A stretch of 64,000 nucleotides of DNA, taken from contig PFLE01000013.1 of assembly GCA_002784465.1 (NCBI GenBank), positions 10,972 to 74,971 on the forward strand. Reading direction: 5' to 3'. The notes under the pieces were generated by a model that worked only from the letters and a program-made list of their open reading frames with translations, was not told where the DNA came from and made no database searches. The translations under genes were made by a program, and so were the position numbers. Source of the stretch: Candidatus Shapirobacteria bacterium CG_4_10_14_0_8_um_filter_39_15. GTDB lineage: Bacteria > Patescibacteriota > Microgenomatia > UM-FILTER-39-15. Below are positions 19,267 through 29,425 of the stretch, one piece after another (positions within the stretch are counted from its first letter, which is position 1; each line of letters starts with the position of its first letter).

Positions 19267-20406
19267 ATGAAACTTGTAATTCTTCAAGAAGATTTGAATA
19301 AAGCTTTAGTCACTGTTTCTCGTTCCGTTTCCAGTAAATCTTCTTTACCGATATTAGCCAATATTTTATTGGAAACAGAAGAAGGACGTCTTAAACTTTC
19401 CGCCACCAATTTAGAAGTCGGAATCAATTATTGGCTAGGTGTAAAAATTGACAATGAAGGTTCGATCACTATTCCTGCGAGGATAGTAAACGAGCTGATT
19501 GCTTCTTTACCGGCAGCAAAGATTGAGCTGGAAACCAAAGAATCAACTCTTTTTCTTTCAACCAACAATTTTAAAATCAACGTTGCCGGTTTGGATTCGG
19601 CCGAATTTCCCAAAGTACCGTTTTTTCCGAAAAATCCTTTGGCAGTTTTTGGCAAGGAAGATTTAATCAAAGGTTTAAGTCAGGTGGTGATTGCGGCGGC
19701 TCAAGACGAAGGCCGGCCGGTTTTGACGGGTGTTTTATTTACTTCTCGAATTGAAGGATTAACCATGGTGGCAACCGACGGGTACCGATTGTCTTTAAAA
19801 AAGATAAGCGCTCAAGAAATCGATAAATCTGTAGAAAAGCTGATCATCCCCGGAAAGACATTACAGGAAGTCGTGAGAATCGCCCAGGAAACCGCGGACA
19901 ACAAAGGAGGGAGTATCACCATCAAACTAGGATTGACAACGGAAAAAAGCCAGGCGGTCTTTTCTTTTCCGAATATTGATTTCTCGACTCGATTAATAGA
20001 AGGCGAATTTCCTGATTATCAAAAAATAATTCCGCAATCGTCAACCACTAAAGTAATTTTCGGTAAAGAAGAATTTTTACGAGCCATCAAAACGGCCTCG
20101 ATTATTGCTCGGGAGCAGGCGAATATTGTCAAGCTGGTGATTGATCCGGTTGGCAGCAGCGGCAAGATGACAATTACGGCGGAAACGGCTCAAGTAGGGG
20201 CGAACGAATCGGAAATAGAAGCCAAAACCGAAGGAGAGAAACTGGAAATCGCTTTTAATTATCGTTTTTTGCTGGATTTCTTAAACGTGGTTGAAGGAGA
20301 TGAAATTATTTTTGAAGCGGGTGGACCTTTAGCCCCGGGAGTTTTCAAGCCAACCGGCGACGATTCCTTTCTTCATATTATCATGCCGGTGAGAATTCAG
20401 GGTTGA
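19267..20406 (+). CDS. dnaN: DNA polymerase III beta clamp
   Basis: ATNLE, VATDGYRL, RLIEGEFPDY, IMPVR. Confidence 0.97.
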   Translation: MKLVILQEDLNKALVTVSRSVSSKSSLPILANILLETEEGRLKLSATNLEVGINYWLGVKIDNEGSITIPARIVNELIASLPAAKIELETKESTLFLSTNNFKINVAGLDSAEFPKVPFFPKNPLAVFGKEDLIKGLSQVVIAAAQDEGRPVLTGVLFTSRIEGLTMVATDGYRLSLKKISAQEIDKSVEKLIIPGKTLQEVVRIAQETADNKGGSITIKLGLTTEKSQAVFSFPNIDFSTRLIEGEFPDYQKIIPQSSTTKVIFGKEEFLRAIKTASIIAREQANIVKLVIDPVGSSGKMTITAETAQVGANESEIEAKTEGEKLEIAFNYRFLLDFLNVVEGDEIIFEAGGPLAPGVFKPTGDDSFLHIIMPVRIQG

Positions 20407-21365
20407 TCTTCCGTCGCCGGGAGAATAAGAATTGCTTGTATTGATTCTCCCGTCTGGTAAAAGAGATTTCCCCTAAAGACAAAAAACGGTCGATATTCTT
20501 GCTGATTTTTTACTCCGATAAAATATGCAAGTGAAACATCGTCAACCGTAATGCTTTTAATAATATTCATCAGCGGTGGTGAGAATTGTTCGCCCTGGGA
20601 ATTTATGGTTATGAAAAATTCTCCTTGCCCCTGCTCCAATTCTTCAATTACTTTATCGGAAGTTTTGAGGGGAATATCTGTTTTTTTTGTTTCATCAGGT
20701 TCAAAAAGATAAGAAACTAAATTAATTAGTTGTCCGGAAGTATTAATCTGGGCTTCTGTTATATTTTCCTGAATACTTAAACTTTTTAAAGGATATCCAT
20801 TTATTTGCTGTTCAAAAGCAACTTTCCAAATTTGGGCGGAAGAGGAGTCGGCGACGGGCAACAATTCAAGACCAAAGGCAGAATAACCTTTAATTGTTGG
20901 TATCGAATCCTGGTCAACCAAACCCCATAAAGTCAATTTTTCTTGGACAAGTGCTTCAGCGTCTTGGTAAGCGATTTTTTTATTAGCCAAAGAATATTTT
21001 CCGGAAAAAACAATTTGGTTGATAGTGGAAATAAAATTAACCCGGCCTAAATATTTAGCCAATAAAGCTTTTTCGGCGGCGATTGATTTGATGGAAATTG
21101 GGAAAACGGAAAGAGTTTTTGGAAATTGCGCAAAATTATTTTGGTTGAGATTGATTGTCAAGTATTCTCCGCCGATCATCAGACCGAACTCTGAAATTGG
21201 TTTGTAGATCTTTGAGGGCTGGCTAGAAGTTGGTTTAGGTTGTTTGATTGGGGCAACGGGAGCAATTGGTTTGGCAAAAAATTTAATAAGCAAAAGAGCA
21301 ACCGCAATAATTGCTAAAAAAATAATAAACCAGCGTTTTTTTAAGAATTTTTTAAGATTTTTCAT
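20397..21365 (-). CDS. Membrane-anchored hypothetical protein (start moved to ATG 21365)
   Basis: MKNLKKFLKKRWFIIFL TM; the longer ORF start overlaps the M23 gene out of frame. Confidence 0.6.
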   Translation of the reverse strand: MKNLKKFLKKRWFIIFLAIIAVALLLIKFFAKPIAPVAPIKQPKPTSSQPSKIYKPISEFGLMIGGEYLTINLNQNNFAQFPKTLSVFPISIKSIAAEKALLAKYLGRVNFISTINQIVFSGKYSLANKKIAYQDAEALVQEKLTLWGLVDQDSIPTIKGYSAFGLELLPVADSSSAQIWKVAFEQQINGYPLKSLSIQENITEAQINTSGQLINLVSYLFEPDETKKTDIPLKTSDKVIEELEQGQGEFFITINSQGEQFSPPLMNIIKSITVDDVSLAYFIGVKNQQEYRPFFVFRGNLFYQTGESIQAILILPATEDQP

Positions 21366-21369
21366 GAAT

Positions 21370-24363
21370 TTACGGTGCTGGATTTGTCGGACAGCCATTG
21401 GCAACATCTTTAAAAGTACAGGAATTGTCGCAATTTGATAAATAATCACAAGGTGCGGGGGTATGCTCGCCCTGGCTAAAACAACCAAGTTCGATACTGC
21501 CGCAATCGCTAAAGCCCAAATGCAAATGACAACCAGTTGAGTGACCGGTGGTGCCCATAAAACCAATAATTGCTCCCTTACTGACATGCTTACCTAATTC
21601 AGTGGCAATACTTTTAAGGTGTCCATAAAGAGAAAAAAGACCCCCACCATGGTCAATAATAATATAATTTCCATAAGCGCCAAGTTCTAGCTGGTTTTCA
21701 CTGTAAAATATTTTGTAAATCGTGCCGTCTGCTACGGCATGAATGAGGATATTTACATTACTATTGGTACAATTCGTTGGTCCCGGGATATCAATTCCGG
21801 TATGACAATTACATTCGGTTGGGCTAAAAGGATCGTTATGATTGCCAAAAGGGGAAGAACAGGTATGGGAATTGTCAACCGGCCAATAAAAAGGTAAGGG
21901 GGATGGAGGGGCAATGGTTGGAAATTGGGCCGGGCAGCTGGACGAAGAGCCAGTCCAGGGAAATTGCATTCCGCCGCCGTTGGTGGGTAAAATAAAAGCA
22001 CCCGAGGCAATCATTATAATTATAAAAGCCAAAAAGCCAATTGAGCCGGCGCCGACGGCCACCCCGGCGGCAATCGGAGCGCCCGCAACAGAACCGGTGG
22101 TAATGGCAGAAATTAGCGAGGCGGCGCCTGAAGCCATTCCTGAAGCGGCCCCGCCCAGAGAAACTCCTAACCCCGGAGCCATTGCGGCCAAAGACCCGGC
22201 GCCCAAGGCCAAAAGACCTCCGCCCAAGAGAGCCGGTCCGCCCATGACCAGCGTTCCCAATCCGCCCAACATCATTCCTCCGGCAACTAAAGCTCCAGCA
22301 AGCTTTGGCCCCAGGTCTTTAAATTTCTTTTTGATAAAAGAAATAGCATCGGGGATAAAACCAACGACAAAACCAATAGCCGTTCCAACTCCTGGGGCAA
22401 CAGCAGTACCGACCGCTGCCGCACCAGCCGCAGTAGCAATCTTGCTAGCAACTTGTACTCCTAATTTTTTAGCCACTGCCGCGCTGATACCTTTGCCCAG
22501 CTTGCTTTTACTTAAGGCGGAAATAACCCGGCCGAAAGATTTTTGATAGATTGCTGTTTGAATTGAACCGAAGGAAGCGAATCTTCCGCCGGAAAGAAAA
22601 GTAACAAACCTTGTTTCTAAAGAAATTCGGAAAACAGCAATTCTGGGAGTTAAGAGTTGCGGAAGATAAATTCCCAATTCCTTGTCAAAAATTCTCGCCT
22701 TTTTCGTAAGTTGAGACAAGGAGTGATAGTGTTTCAATATTGTAACGACCGGTTTATCTCTGCCGTTTTCCTGCTGAACTTTTAATAATCGTTGGCCTTT
22801 TTCTTCTAATTTAACAATCGTTGGGTGAGTTTTTGGCATTCCCGCGCTCACTAAGACTTTGGCGCTTTCTAAATAGCGTTCACCAAATCTTCCCTCGGCA
22901 ATATCTTGCCATTCCGGAGTTTTGTTTTTGGTATTGATGATTGCGCCGGCAGCGGGAGTGGAGATAATGTGTTCCACTGTTGCCTTGAATCTTGCCATCG
23001 GGGAAACTCTTAACGGTTCTGTTCCGAGTTTAGTAAAGATTTCTTCAGGGAGAGGTTTCTCGATTCTTTCCAGCGCACTTATAATTTGGAGTTTTTGGGC
23101 GGTTTGTTCGACTTTTCCAACCAAGGTTTTGGTTTCGGCTGGTGTTAAACCTACTCCTTCATTTTCCATCGCTTGTTTGACGGCTTGGATGGCCGGGTCT
23201 TGTTCCCAACCTTTGGGTGAAAGAATTTGGGCGGTTAATACCTCGGTAGTTTTCTGACCTACTTTTTTAACAGTTTCTTTTGGAAGACCTTTTAATTTTG
23301 GTTCATCGCCAAAAACCATGGCCACGGTTTCTTCAAATTTTGCTTGTAAGGTTGGCAAGTCTTGAGGCATTTCCGGTTTGGCAACAACTTCTTGAATGTT
23401 TGGCAAAGTTTCAAAATATTTCTGAACCGTTTGGGCCGGAGATGAAGATTGGATTTGTTGAATTAAATCAGTCAATTGTTCTTTTTTCACAAAAACAACG
23501 CCGGCTTCTTGGAGGATTGTTTCAACGACACCTGACAAGGCTTGAGTTTTTTGAGGATTTGGTTCAGAATAATTACGAACAAAAGCCTCGGTAATTTTTT
23601 CCGTGGTTGGTAAAATTGTTGTTTCGGGAAGAGTTGGGTGTTGTTCAACAAGAATTTTTTGAATTTGTTCCTCTAAACCCGCTTTTATATCTGTTGGGAC
23701 TTGAGTTTTAGCCGCAGCGGCTTCTTTCGCCATTTCCGCCAGAGGAATTACCACCACTGGGGCAATCAAGGTTTGAATTTGTTTGGGTTCAAGACCGGTT
23801 TGTTGCTGTAAAATCGTCTTTAGATTTTCTTGTAAAATATTTGTCTTAACTCTTTCTTCTGGGGGAATGGCAATTTGTTGAGCGATTATTTGTTCAATAA
23901 ATGGATAAGCCGTAGCGGCTTGAGGAGTTTTTTCCAAAATCGAGGAAACTTTTTCTCGGATTTCTTTTGGAAGAATTGGTTCAGGAGTCACGGTTGGAAC
24001 CGGGGGTTCATAAACAACCTTTTCTGGAGGTTTTGCTTGAGCGGCTCTTTTTTCAAATTCTTTTTGAGCTTGGGATGCGTTTTGTTGGGTTTGCTGAACC
24101 TTTTCTCTGGCGGCGTCCATTTCCAGGGCCGCATTTTCCAAAATTTCCAAGGGCGGAAGACGGGAATCGTTAACCTCATCGTTATAGATTTTTTGAAGCA
24201 GATTGACGATTGTCAGAAGATTGTCGTCGTCGCGAATGCCATATTCTTTCAAAATCAGCCGGGTGTTGTGCAAAAAAAGAGCTCTCGGTTTTTCCGGACT
24301 GTCGATTAAATCCTGGCCTTCGGTAAGCAGGTCATAAATGTAGGGAAGATATTCGCTTCTCAT
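21370..24363 (-). CDS. Large membrane protein with C-terminal M23 peptidase (T4SS-associated cell-wall hydrolase)
   Basis: HTGIDI, YGNYIIIDH, YGHL, GTTGHSTGCHLH; Gly/Ala-rich TM region; helical Q/E/K-rich N-terminus. Confidence 0.8.
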   Translation of the reverse strand: MRSEYLPYIYDLLTEGQDLIDSPEKPRALFLHNTRLILKEYGIRDDDNLLTIVNLLQKIYNDEVNDSRLPPLEILENAALEMDAAREKVQQTQQNASQAQKEFEKRAAQAKPPEKVVYEPPVPTVTPEPILPKEIREKVSSILEKTPQAATAYPFIEQIIAQQIAIPPEERVKTNILQENLKTILQQQTGLEPKQIQTLIAPVVVIPLAEMAKEAAAAKTQVPTDIKAGLEEQIQKILVEQHPTLPETTILPTTEKITEAFVRNYSEPNPQKTQALSGVVETILQEAGVVFVKKEQLTDLIQQIQSSSPAQTVQKYFETLPNIQEVVAKPEMPQDLPTLQAKFEETVAMVFGDEPKLKGLPKETVKKVGQKTTEVLTAQILSPKGWEQDPAIQAVKQAMENEGVGLTPAETKTLVGKVEQTAQKLQIISALERIEKPLPEEIFTKLGTEPLRVSPMARFKATVEHIISTPAAGAIINTKNKTPEWQDIAEGRFGERYLESAKVLVSAGMPKTHPTIVKLEEKGQRLLKVQQENGRDKPVVTILKHYHSLSQLTKKARIFDKELGIYLPQLLTPRIAVFRISLETRFVTFLSGGRFASFGSIQTAIYQKSFGRVISALSKSKLGKGISAAVAKKLGVQVASKIATAAGAAAVGTAVAPGVGTAIGFVVGFIPDAISFIKKKFKDLGPKLAGALVAGGMMLGGLGTLVMGGPALLGGGLLALGAGSLAAMAPGLGVSLGGAASGMASGAASLISAITTGSVAGAPIAAGVAVGAGSIGFLAFIIIMIASGAFILPTNGGGMQFPWTGSSSSCPAQFPTIAPPSPLPFYWPVDNSHTCSSPFGNHNDPFSPTECNCHTGIDIPGPTNCTNSNVNILIHAVADGTIYKIFYSENQLELGAYGNYIIIDHGGGLFSLYGHLKSIATELGKHVSKGAIIGFMGTTGHSTGCHLHLGFSDCGSIELGCFSQGEHTPAPCDYLSNCDNSCTFKDVANGCPTNPAP

Positions 24364-26180
24364 GTCGTTTTACCCAGCGCTTCTTGCTTTTGCCGCATTA
24401 ATTCTTCAGGCCGGGTGGTAATTAGAAGATGTTCTTCAGGAGAAGCCAAAACACGAATGCGAACGTGATTGGCGCCGGCAAAAAATAACCCTTCACCGAC
24501 GTTGGCAGCCAGTAAAAGATTTTTTTCTCCTTCGGAAAGGTAAAAGACTTTGGCAATTTGGTCAATGGCGGCCGGCGACTGCTTCATTAAAATCTGAATT
24601 GACGAGTTGGTGACAATCGCTTTTCCATAATCAGTGCTCAAAAAATCCTCCACGTCTTGGGTAATCGTGGTCAGCCCCAGCCAGTATTTCCGGGCTCTTT
24701 TGGCAATTGAGTAAATAAAATTGGCCGAATCCGGAAACTTCATCAGATACCAGGCCTCGTCAATAATCAAAATCCGGCGCTTCATATCCCGCTTAACCCG
24801 GGTCCAAATATAATCAAGAATGATAAACATCGCAATCGGTCGGAGAGCCTCCTCGAGACCTTTTAAAGAAAAAACCGTAAAAGCGTTTTTAATGTCAACG
24901 GTTGATCTTTGGTCAAAAATTCCCACAAACGAACCTTTAACGAATTTTTCAATTCGGTCAGCCAGGCCTTTGGCGTCCGTTTCTTCCATGCCGATTAAAA
25001 CTTTATAAAGATCTTCCATTAACGGCGGTTCGTTTTTTTGAGTGGCTGGTTCCGGGGTAATCCCCTTCAGTTTATAAGTCAAAATTAATGCCCGATCTAA
25101 GAGCGCTTCTTCCGAGGGAGTGAGATTGCCCATAATAACTTTAAAAAGCGAATGCAGGGAAAGAATTTTTAAACCCAATTCGTTTTCGTCCTTTTCATAA
25201 ACTTGCGATAAGTCAAAAGGATTTATTTTTGTTCCTGAATTAAAGGAAAACTCAATAAACTCACCGCCGATCGCCGCGGCCAAAGTCTTATATTCGGCCT
25301 CCGGATCAACGACGATGACTTCGGTACCGAACATGAGAGAACGAAGGGCTTCGAGTTTGACCAAATAACTTTTGCCTGCGCCTGACTTAGCAAATATCAC
25401 CGAGTTCGCGTTCTCCATGGTAAACCGGTCAAAAATAATTAAACTTCCGTTATGAAGATTAATGCCATACATAATTCCTTCATTGGCGGTTAGTTCCGAG
25501 GAAGTAAAAGGAAAAGTGGTGGCTAAGCTAGTGGTATCCATATTTCTGGTGATCATCAGCCGGTCAACGCAAAGCGGCAAAGTGGTTTTAAAGCCGTCTT
25601 CCATTTGTAAAGTCGTATTTTTGGAAACAATCAACAAAGAACCAAGGGTCGATTGCACTTGTTTGGTAACTCGGTCCAACTCTTCCAGTGAGTCGGCCGG
25701 GATCGTAATATAAAGCCCGAATTGGAAAAAGCGCTCAATGCCTTTGACCAACTGTTCCTGCAAAGCCCGGGCATCTTCCAGTTTGGCGGCCGTGCTCGGA
25801 TTAATCACCCGGCCTCCTTGGATATCTAAAGAAATTTCCGCTTCCATTTCGGCAATTTTTCGGCGCAAATCGTCTAAAACCGTTTTCCCCTCCACCGGAT
25901 AAATAAACATGGAAATATTTAAAGAATGATCAAAACTGATTAAGGGCGATAGCCAATTAGCGGCCACAAACCGCGGATAGCCGGCGACAAAAAGCGTTCG
26001 GAAATAAGAGTTGTTAATTTTAATATAATTAAAGTCAACTTCAATTGCCGACGGGGCAATAATATCTTTAACCGACAGCATTCCCTCGGCCAATTTCATA
26101 TCTGCCTCGGAACTTGCGGTTGTGCTTTCAGTTCCGGGTTCCGGGTCCTTAGTTTTACTAAAAGGCAATTTAAAATTCAT
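24360..26180 (-). CDS. VirB4/TraC-like ATPase
   Basis: NANSVIFAKSGAGKS, VDPEAEY, INPFD, IIDEAW, RARKY, TITQDVEDF. Confidence 0.9.
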   Translation of the reverse strand: MNFKLPFSKTKDPEPGTESTTASSEADMKLAEGMLSVKDIIAPSAIEVDFNYIKINNSYFRTLFVAGYPRFVAANWLSPLISFDHSLNISMFIYPVEGKTVLDDLRRKIAEMEAEISLDIQGGRVINPSTAAKLEDARALQEQLVKGIERFFQFGLYITIPADSLEELDRVTKQVQSTLGSLLIVSKNTTLQMEDGFKTTLPLCVDRLMITRNMDTTSLATTFPFTSSELTANEGIMYGINLHNGSLIIFDRFTMENANSVIFAKSGAGKSYLVKLEALRSLMFGTEVIVVDPEAEYKTLAAAIGGEFIEFSFNSGTKINPFDLSQVYEKDENELGLKILSLHSLFKVIMGNLTPSEEALLDRALILTYKLKGITPEPATQKNEPPLMEDLYKVLIGMEETDAKGLADRIEKFVKGSFVGIFDQRSTVDIKNAFTVFSLKGLEEALRPIAMFIILDYIWTRVKRDMKRRILIIDEAWYLMKFPDSANFIYSIAKRARKYWLGLTTITQDVEDFLSTDYGKAIVTNSSIQILMKQSPAAIDQIAKVFYLSEGEKNLLLAANVGEGLFFAGANHVRIRVLASPEEHLLITTRPEELMRQKQEALGKTT

Positions 26181-26863
26181 TTTTTCTCCTGTTCAACCAT
26201 GCCGGCCGCATATTCTTTACCGGTGGTTAATTTTTGCCCGCCGGCCGATTCGGGATTATAAATATCATAAAAAAGCTGAATGGCCTCCTGGGTTTTGATT
26301 TCCCTGATTTTTAACCCTAAACGGCCAAACTGGCGGACAATATGATCCCTTTTTGGTAACAAATTCATTTTGGCTTTTTCCAGAACATATTCTTTGGCAT
26401 AGGGCAGATTTCTGGGTTTTTTGACCAAGGCGGTTAAGTTTTGACTGACACCCAATTCCATTGAGGAAAAAGGAATAATAATATAAAAAGTTTTATCCAA
26501 AACATTATTCTTTTTAACCGTTTCTTCGACAAACCGCCGGTATTTGCGCATTTGATCCTGTAAAAGGGAATTGGTTTGTTTTTGGATTTCCCGATCAAGT
26601 AAAGTAAGATATTGAGTGACGTCTTTTTGGCGGGAGCGGATGACCAGCTGAATCGGAAAGGTTAACGAGTTGAGCAATTCAGCATAAGCATAAATCGTTG
26701 CATCCTGCTCTCTTTCGGAAAGTAAGCCGAAATTAATGGCCGTGGTGGATAAAATCAAACAGCACGAACCATCTTTAAGGATTACAACGTTGTCAACCAC
26801 GTCTTCAATGTTCAGATGGTCTTGGGTGGTGCCGCGAATTGGAATGGATAATGGGTCGGGCAT
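26177..26863 (-). CDS. VirB4-associated conserved protein (TraC/TraE N-terminal-like)
   Basis: TQDHLNIEDV..INFGLLSEREQDA..LNSLTFPIQ; operonic overlap with virB4. Confidence 0.65.
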   Translation of the reverse strand: MPDPLSIPIRGTTQDHLNIEDVVDNVVILKDGSCCLILSTTAINFGLLSEREQDATIYAYAELLNSLTFPIQLVIRSRQKDVTQYLTLLDREIQKQTNSLLQDQMRKYRRFVEETVKKNNVLDKTFYIIIPFSSMELGVSQNLTALVKKPRNLPYAKEYVLEKAKMNLLPKRDHIVRQFGRLGLKIREIKTQEAIQLFYDIYNPESAGGQKLTTGKEYAAGMVEQEKK

Positions 26864-26876
26864 AATATTTGAATAA

Positions 26877-26994
26877 GTAGATTATCAGTTAATCAGAATA
26901 TCAGGAAAAGAAATCTGAGAGCAGAAACCAGTAAAATTAACCGATTAACTGATCTCTGTTTTACTTTACCTGATTTTCCGATCTACTGATTTAC
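26877..26994. repeat. Palindromic element copy D
   Basis: gtagattatcagttaatcag...ccgatctactgatttac; abuts the prgI stop. Confidence 0.85.
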
Positions 26995-26996
26995 TA

Positions 26997-27962
26997 TTAT
27001 TTCGCTTTAATTTCAATCGGTTCTACAATCTCTCCTTTTAATTCTACTCTTACATTATCAAACGCGTAACCATCTTTTTCCAAAAGAATGTCATAAAAAC
27101 CATTGGCCAATTGAGTCGCGGTACGGAATTGACCGATTTTATTGGTCCGTAGGGCCCGAACCGGATTGGCGCCTTGATCCAAAATTTCCAGGATGACATT
27201 TTCCAAAATCCGGCCGTTTTTATCCGTTACCATACCAGCCAAAATATTAGGAATTGTTGGCGCCGACGGCATCGGTATTTCCGAAGAATACCGGGCCGGC
27301 TGCGCTTGAATCGGTTGGCGGAAAGTCGATGGCGGCGGAATATAAGGAATATGCGGGGGAGTGTATTTGGGAATATGAACCGGTTGAATATTTGGCTGCT
27401 GAACTTCTAAAACAAACGGGCCGCTTAATTTGTGAACCTGCACATTTCCAGGATTTGGGATCTCGTTGGTAACCCGGGTAACCGGCGGAGTGGTCATTGA
27501 AAACATATTTTTAATTTGATTTACAAATTCGTCTTCTTTTTGGTCAATGGCGCTTTTTGCGACCGGCAAGGTGGCAACATATTCGATCATTTTAATTTTG
27601 TCTTGAGGAGTGACCACTTGTTGAGCCGGTTCGACTGGAAGTGGCGGCCGTTCTTCTAAAAATTCCGGTTTTTTGGGCGTTTTTTTCCAAAGATACTGGG
27701 TGGGTGAATAAATAGTTTTCAAAAAAGACATAAGCCAGGTTTCTAAAGGTCGTTCTTCAATCGGGAAAAAAGCCAGGCCAACGCCTAAGACCGCCGAAAC
27801 AAAAACCAATGGCCATTTGAAATACCAGGCTAAACCGGAAGCGTAAAAAATTAACGCTACCACCAAACCGCCGGCTAATTCCAGAAATTGTTTTAAGGTC
27901 ATATCACCGACCAGGCGAAATTCATAGCTTGCAATATTTTGCGGGACTGGGTGTTGCTCCAT
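26997..27962 (-). CDS. PrgI family protein with C-terminal carboxypeptidase-regulatory-like domain
   Basis: HPVPQNI..YEFRLVGDMTLKQF, two TMs, ERPLE; C-terminal GMVTDKNG..LENV..RTNKIGQF. Confidence 0.8.
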   Translation of the reverse strand: MEQHPVPQNIASYEFRLVGDMTLKQFLELAGGLVVALIFYASGLAWYFKWPLVFVSAVLGVGLAFFPIEERPLETWLMSFLKTIYSPTQYLWKKTPKKPEFLEERPPLPVEPAQQVVTPQDKIKMIEYVATLPVAKSAIDQKEDEFVNQIKNMFSMTTPPVTRVTNEIPNPGNVQVHKLSGPFVLEVQQPNIQPVHIPKYTPPHIPYIPPPSTFRQPIQAQPARYSSEIPMPSAPTIPNILAGMVTDKNGRILENVILEILDQGANPVRALRTNKIGQFRTATQLANGFYDILLEKDGYAFDNVRVELKGEIVEPIEIKAK

Positions 27963-28009
27963 ATAATTTATTTTTCAAAGCGCATAGGGTATAGTGTATA
28001 GGAGATGCG

Positions 28010-28375
28010 CTAAGACGTATTTTTCATTAAGGTTGTTAATATTTTAATAAGCTCTTCGTTCGTATCCTTAAATTTTTTAATTATTTGCTCGTCAAATTTA
28101 TTCGTTTCTAAAATAATTTCTAGCCAATAATCAGCTTCAAAACTGGAACCGCGAGCAATTCCTAAAAATTGATGATAACTTTTCGAATAATGTCTTCCAT
28201 AACCTTCAGCGATATTGGCGCCGATTGAAGAAACCGCTCTTATTAATTGTTTTATTAAGATTTCAGAAACTCGGTCCAACTTGGCATTGGCAAAATAGTT
28301 TATAACATCAATTGTTAAGGTTTTTGCCTTTTGATAGACGATTAGATTTTTATGGGAACTGGGCGGGTTTTCCAT
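28010..28375 (-). CDS. Four helix bundle protein (23S IVS protein/Avd-like), copy 1; start moved to 28375
   Basis: HKNLIVYQKA, QLIRAVSSIGANIAEGYGR, FLGIARGSSFE; CATAG-type inverted arms at 27976-28009 and 28377-28413. Confidence 0.9.
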   Translation of the reverse strand: MENPPSSHKNLIVYQKAKTLTIDVINYFANAKLDRVSEILIKQLIRAVSSIGANIAEGYGRHYSKSYHQFLGIARGSSFEADYWLEIILETNKFDEQIIKKFKDTNEELIKILTTLMKNTS

Positions 28376-28509
28376 TCTTTCTATGCACTTTGTGCTATGC
28401 ACTATGTTACTATCCATCGAGATTGGATTCAACTGCTTCAGACCCGATCACATTACAAACAAAATATGGCAAGTGGAAACAACTTGGTTGTTTGTGGTAA
28501 AATTAGGTT

Positions 28510-28932
28510 ATGGTTACCCGAGAACAAAAGGAAAAAATCTTTGCTTTGGGGAAAAAATACAATCTGGATTTTATTATCCTCTATGGTTCTGTGGCTAGAA
28601 ATCAGGCAGGAAAGCTTTCGGATTTAGATATTGCGGTTTATAAAAAAGGAGGGATTACTTCGGAAAAATATTTTGAACTTTACGGGAAAATGTTTGGGAT
28701 TTTTGAAAGTAAAGAAGTTGATTTAAAGACACTTAACGATCAGAGTATTTTATACCGGTATTTGGTGGTTCGCGACGGAATTTTGTTATTCGGAAATGAA
28801 TTGGAATATTTAAAATTTAAAACTTATATAATCCGTGATTATCAGGACAGCAAAGATCTTTTTGATTTGGCTGGATCTCTTGTTAGACGTCACCAGAAAG
28901 AATTGGAAGAAAGGTTAAATGTTAAATACTGA
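28510..28932 (+). CDS. Minimal nucleotidyltransferase (MNT) antitoxin
   Basis: LYGSVAR...SDLDIAV, EVDL. Confidence 0.85.
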   Translation: MVTREQKEKIFALGKKYNLDFIILYGSVARNQAGKLSDLDIAVYKKGGITSEKYFELYGKMFGIFESKEVDLKTLNDQSILYRYLVVRDGILLFGNELEYLKFKTYIIRDYQDSKDLFDLAGSLVRRHQKELEERLNVKY

Positions 28933-29353
28933 ATTTATCTACCAAAAAATTGCTTTAATCCGCCAAGATCTGGAATTTTTGGACAAAATGGCAAATTTGA
29001 GTTTTGAGGAAGTGGCTAAGGACTTCTATAAATACAATACCGTTCAAATGTTATTAATGAAAATCATTGGTCGAGCCATTGATATTAACGAACACCTTAT
29101 TGACGAATTGGCCAACGCAGAAACGAAATCGCCTGGGACTTATCGGGAAACTTTTTTACAACTGGCAGACTTGAAAATTTTACCGGCTGATTTTGCTTCT
29201 GAAATTGCCAAAAGCGCCGGATTCCGAAATGCAATTGTTCATGAATATGACAAATTAGACGATTTTATTATTTATAAAACAATCGGCGAGGCGGTAGTCC
29301 AATATACTAAATATTGCCATTATGTTTTAGATCTTATCTCCAGAAAGTCTTAA
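28919..29353 (+). CDS. HEPN (DUF86) RNase toxin
   Basis: GFRNAIVHEY R-x4-H motif; overlaps the MNT gene. Confidence 0.85.
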   Translation: MLNTEFIYQKIALIRQDLEFLDKMANLSFEEVAKDFYKYNTVQMLLMKIIGRAIDINEHLIDELANAETKSPGTYRETFLQLADLKILPADFASEIAKSAGFRNAIVHEYDKLDDFIIYKTIGEAVVQYTKYCHYVLDLISRKS

Positions 29354-29425
29354 TTTTTCCAACCATCTTTAACTCTCGTCTTGTAGACAGGACAAGAATA
29401 TGATAAAATTGTTCCAAATGCAATT

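Noticed and set aside
21914-22546. 210-aa Pro/Ala-rich plus-strand ORF
   Set aside because: Antisense shadow of the Gly/Ala-rich TM region of the M23 protein.
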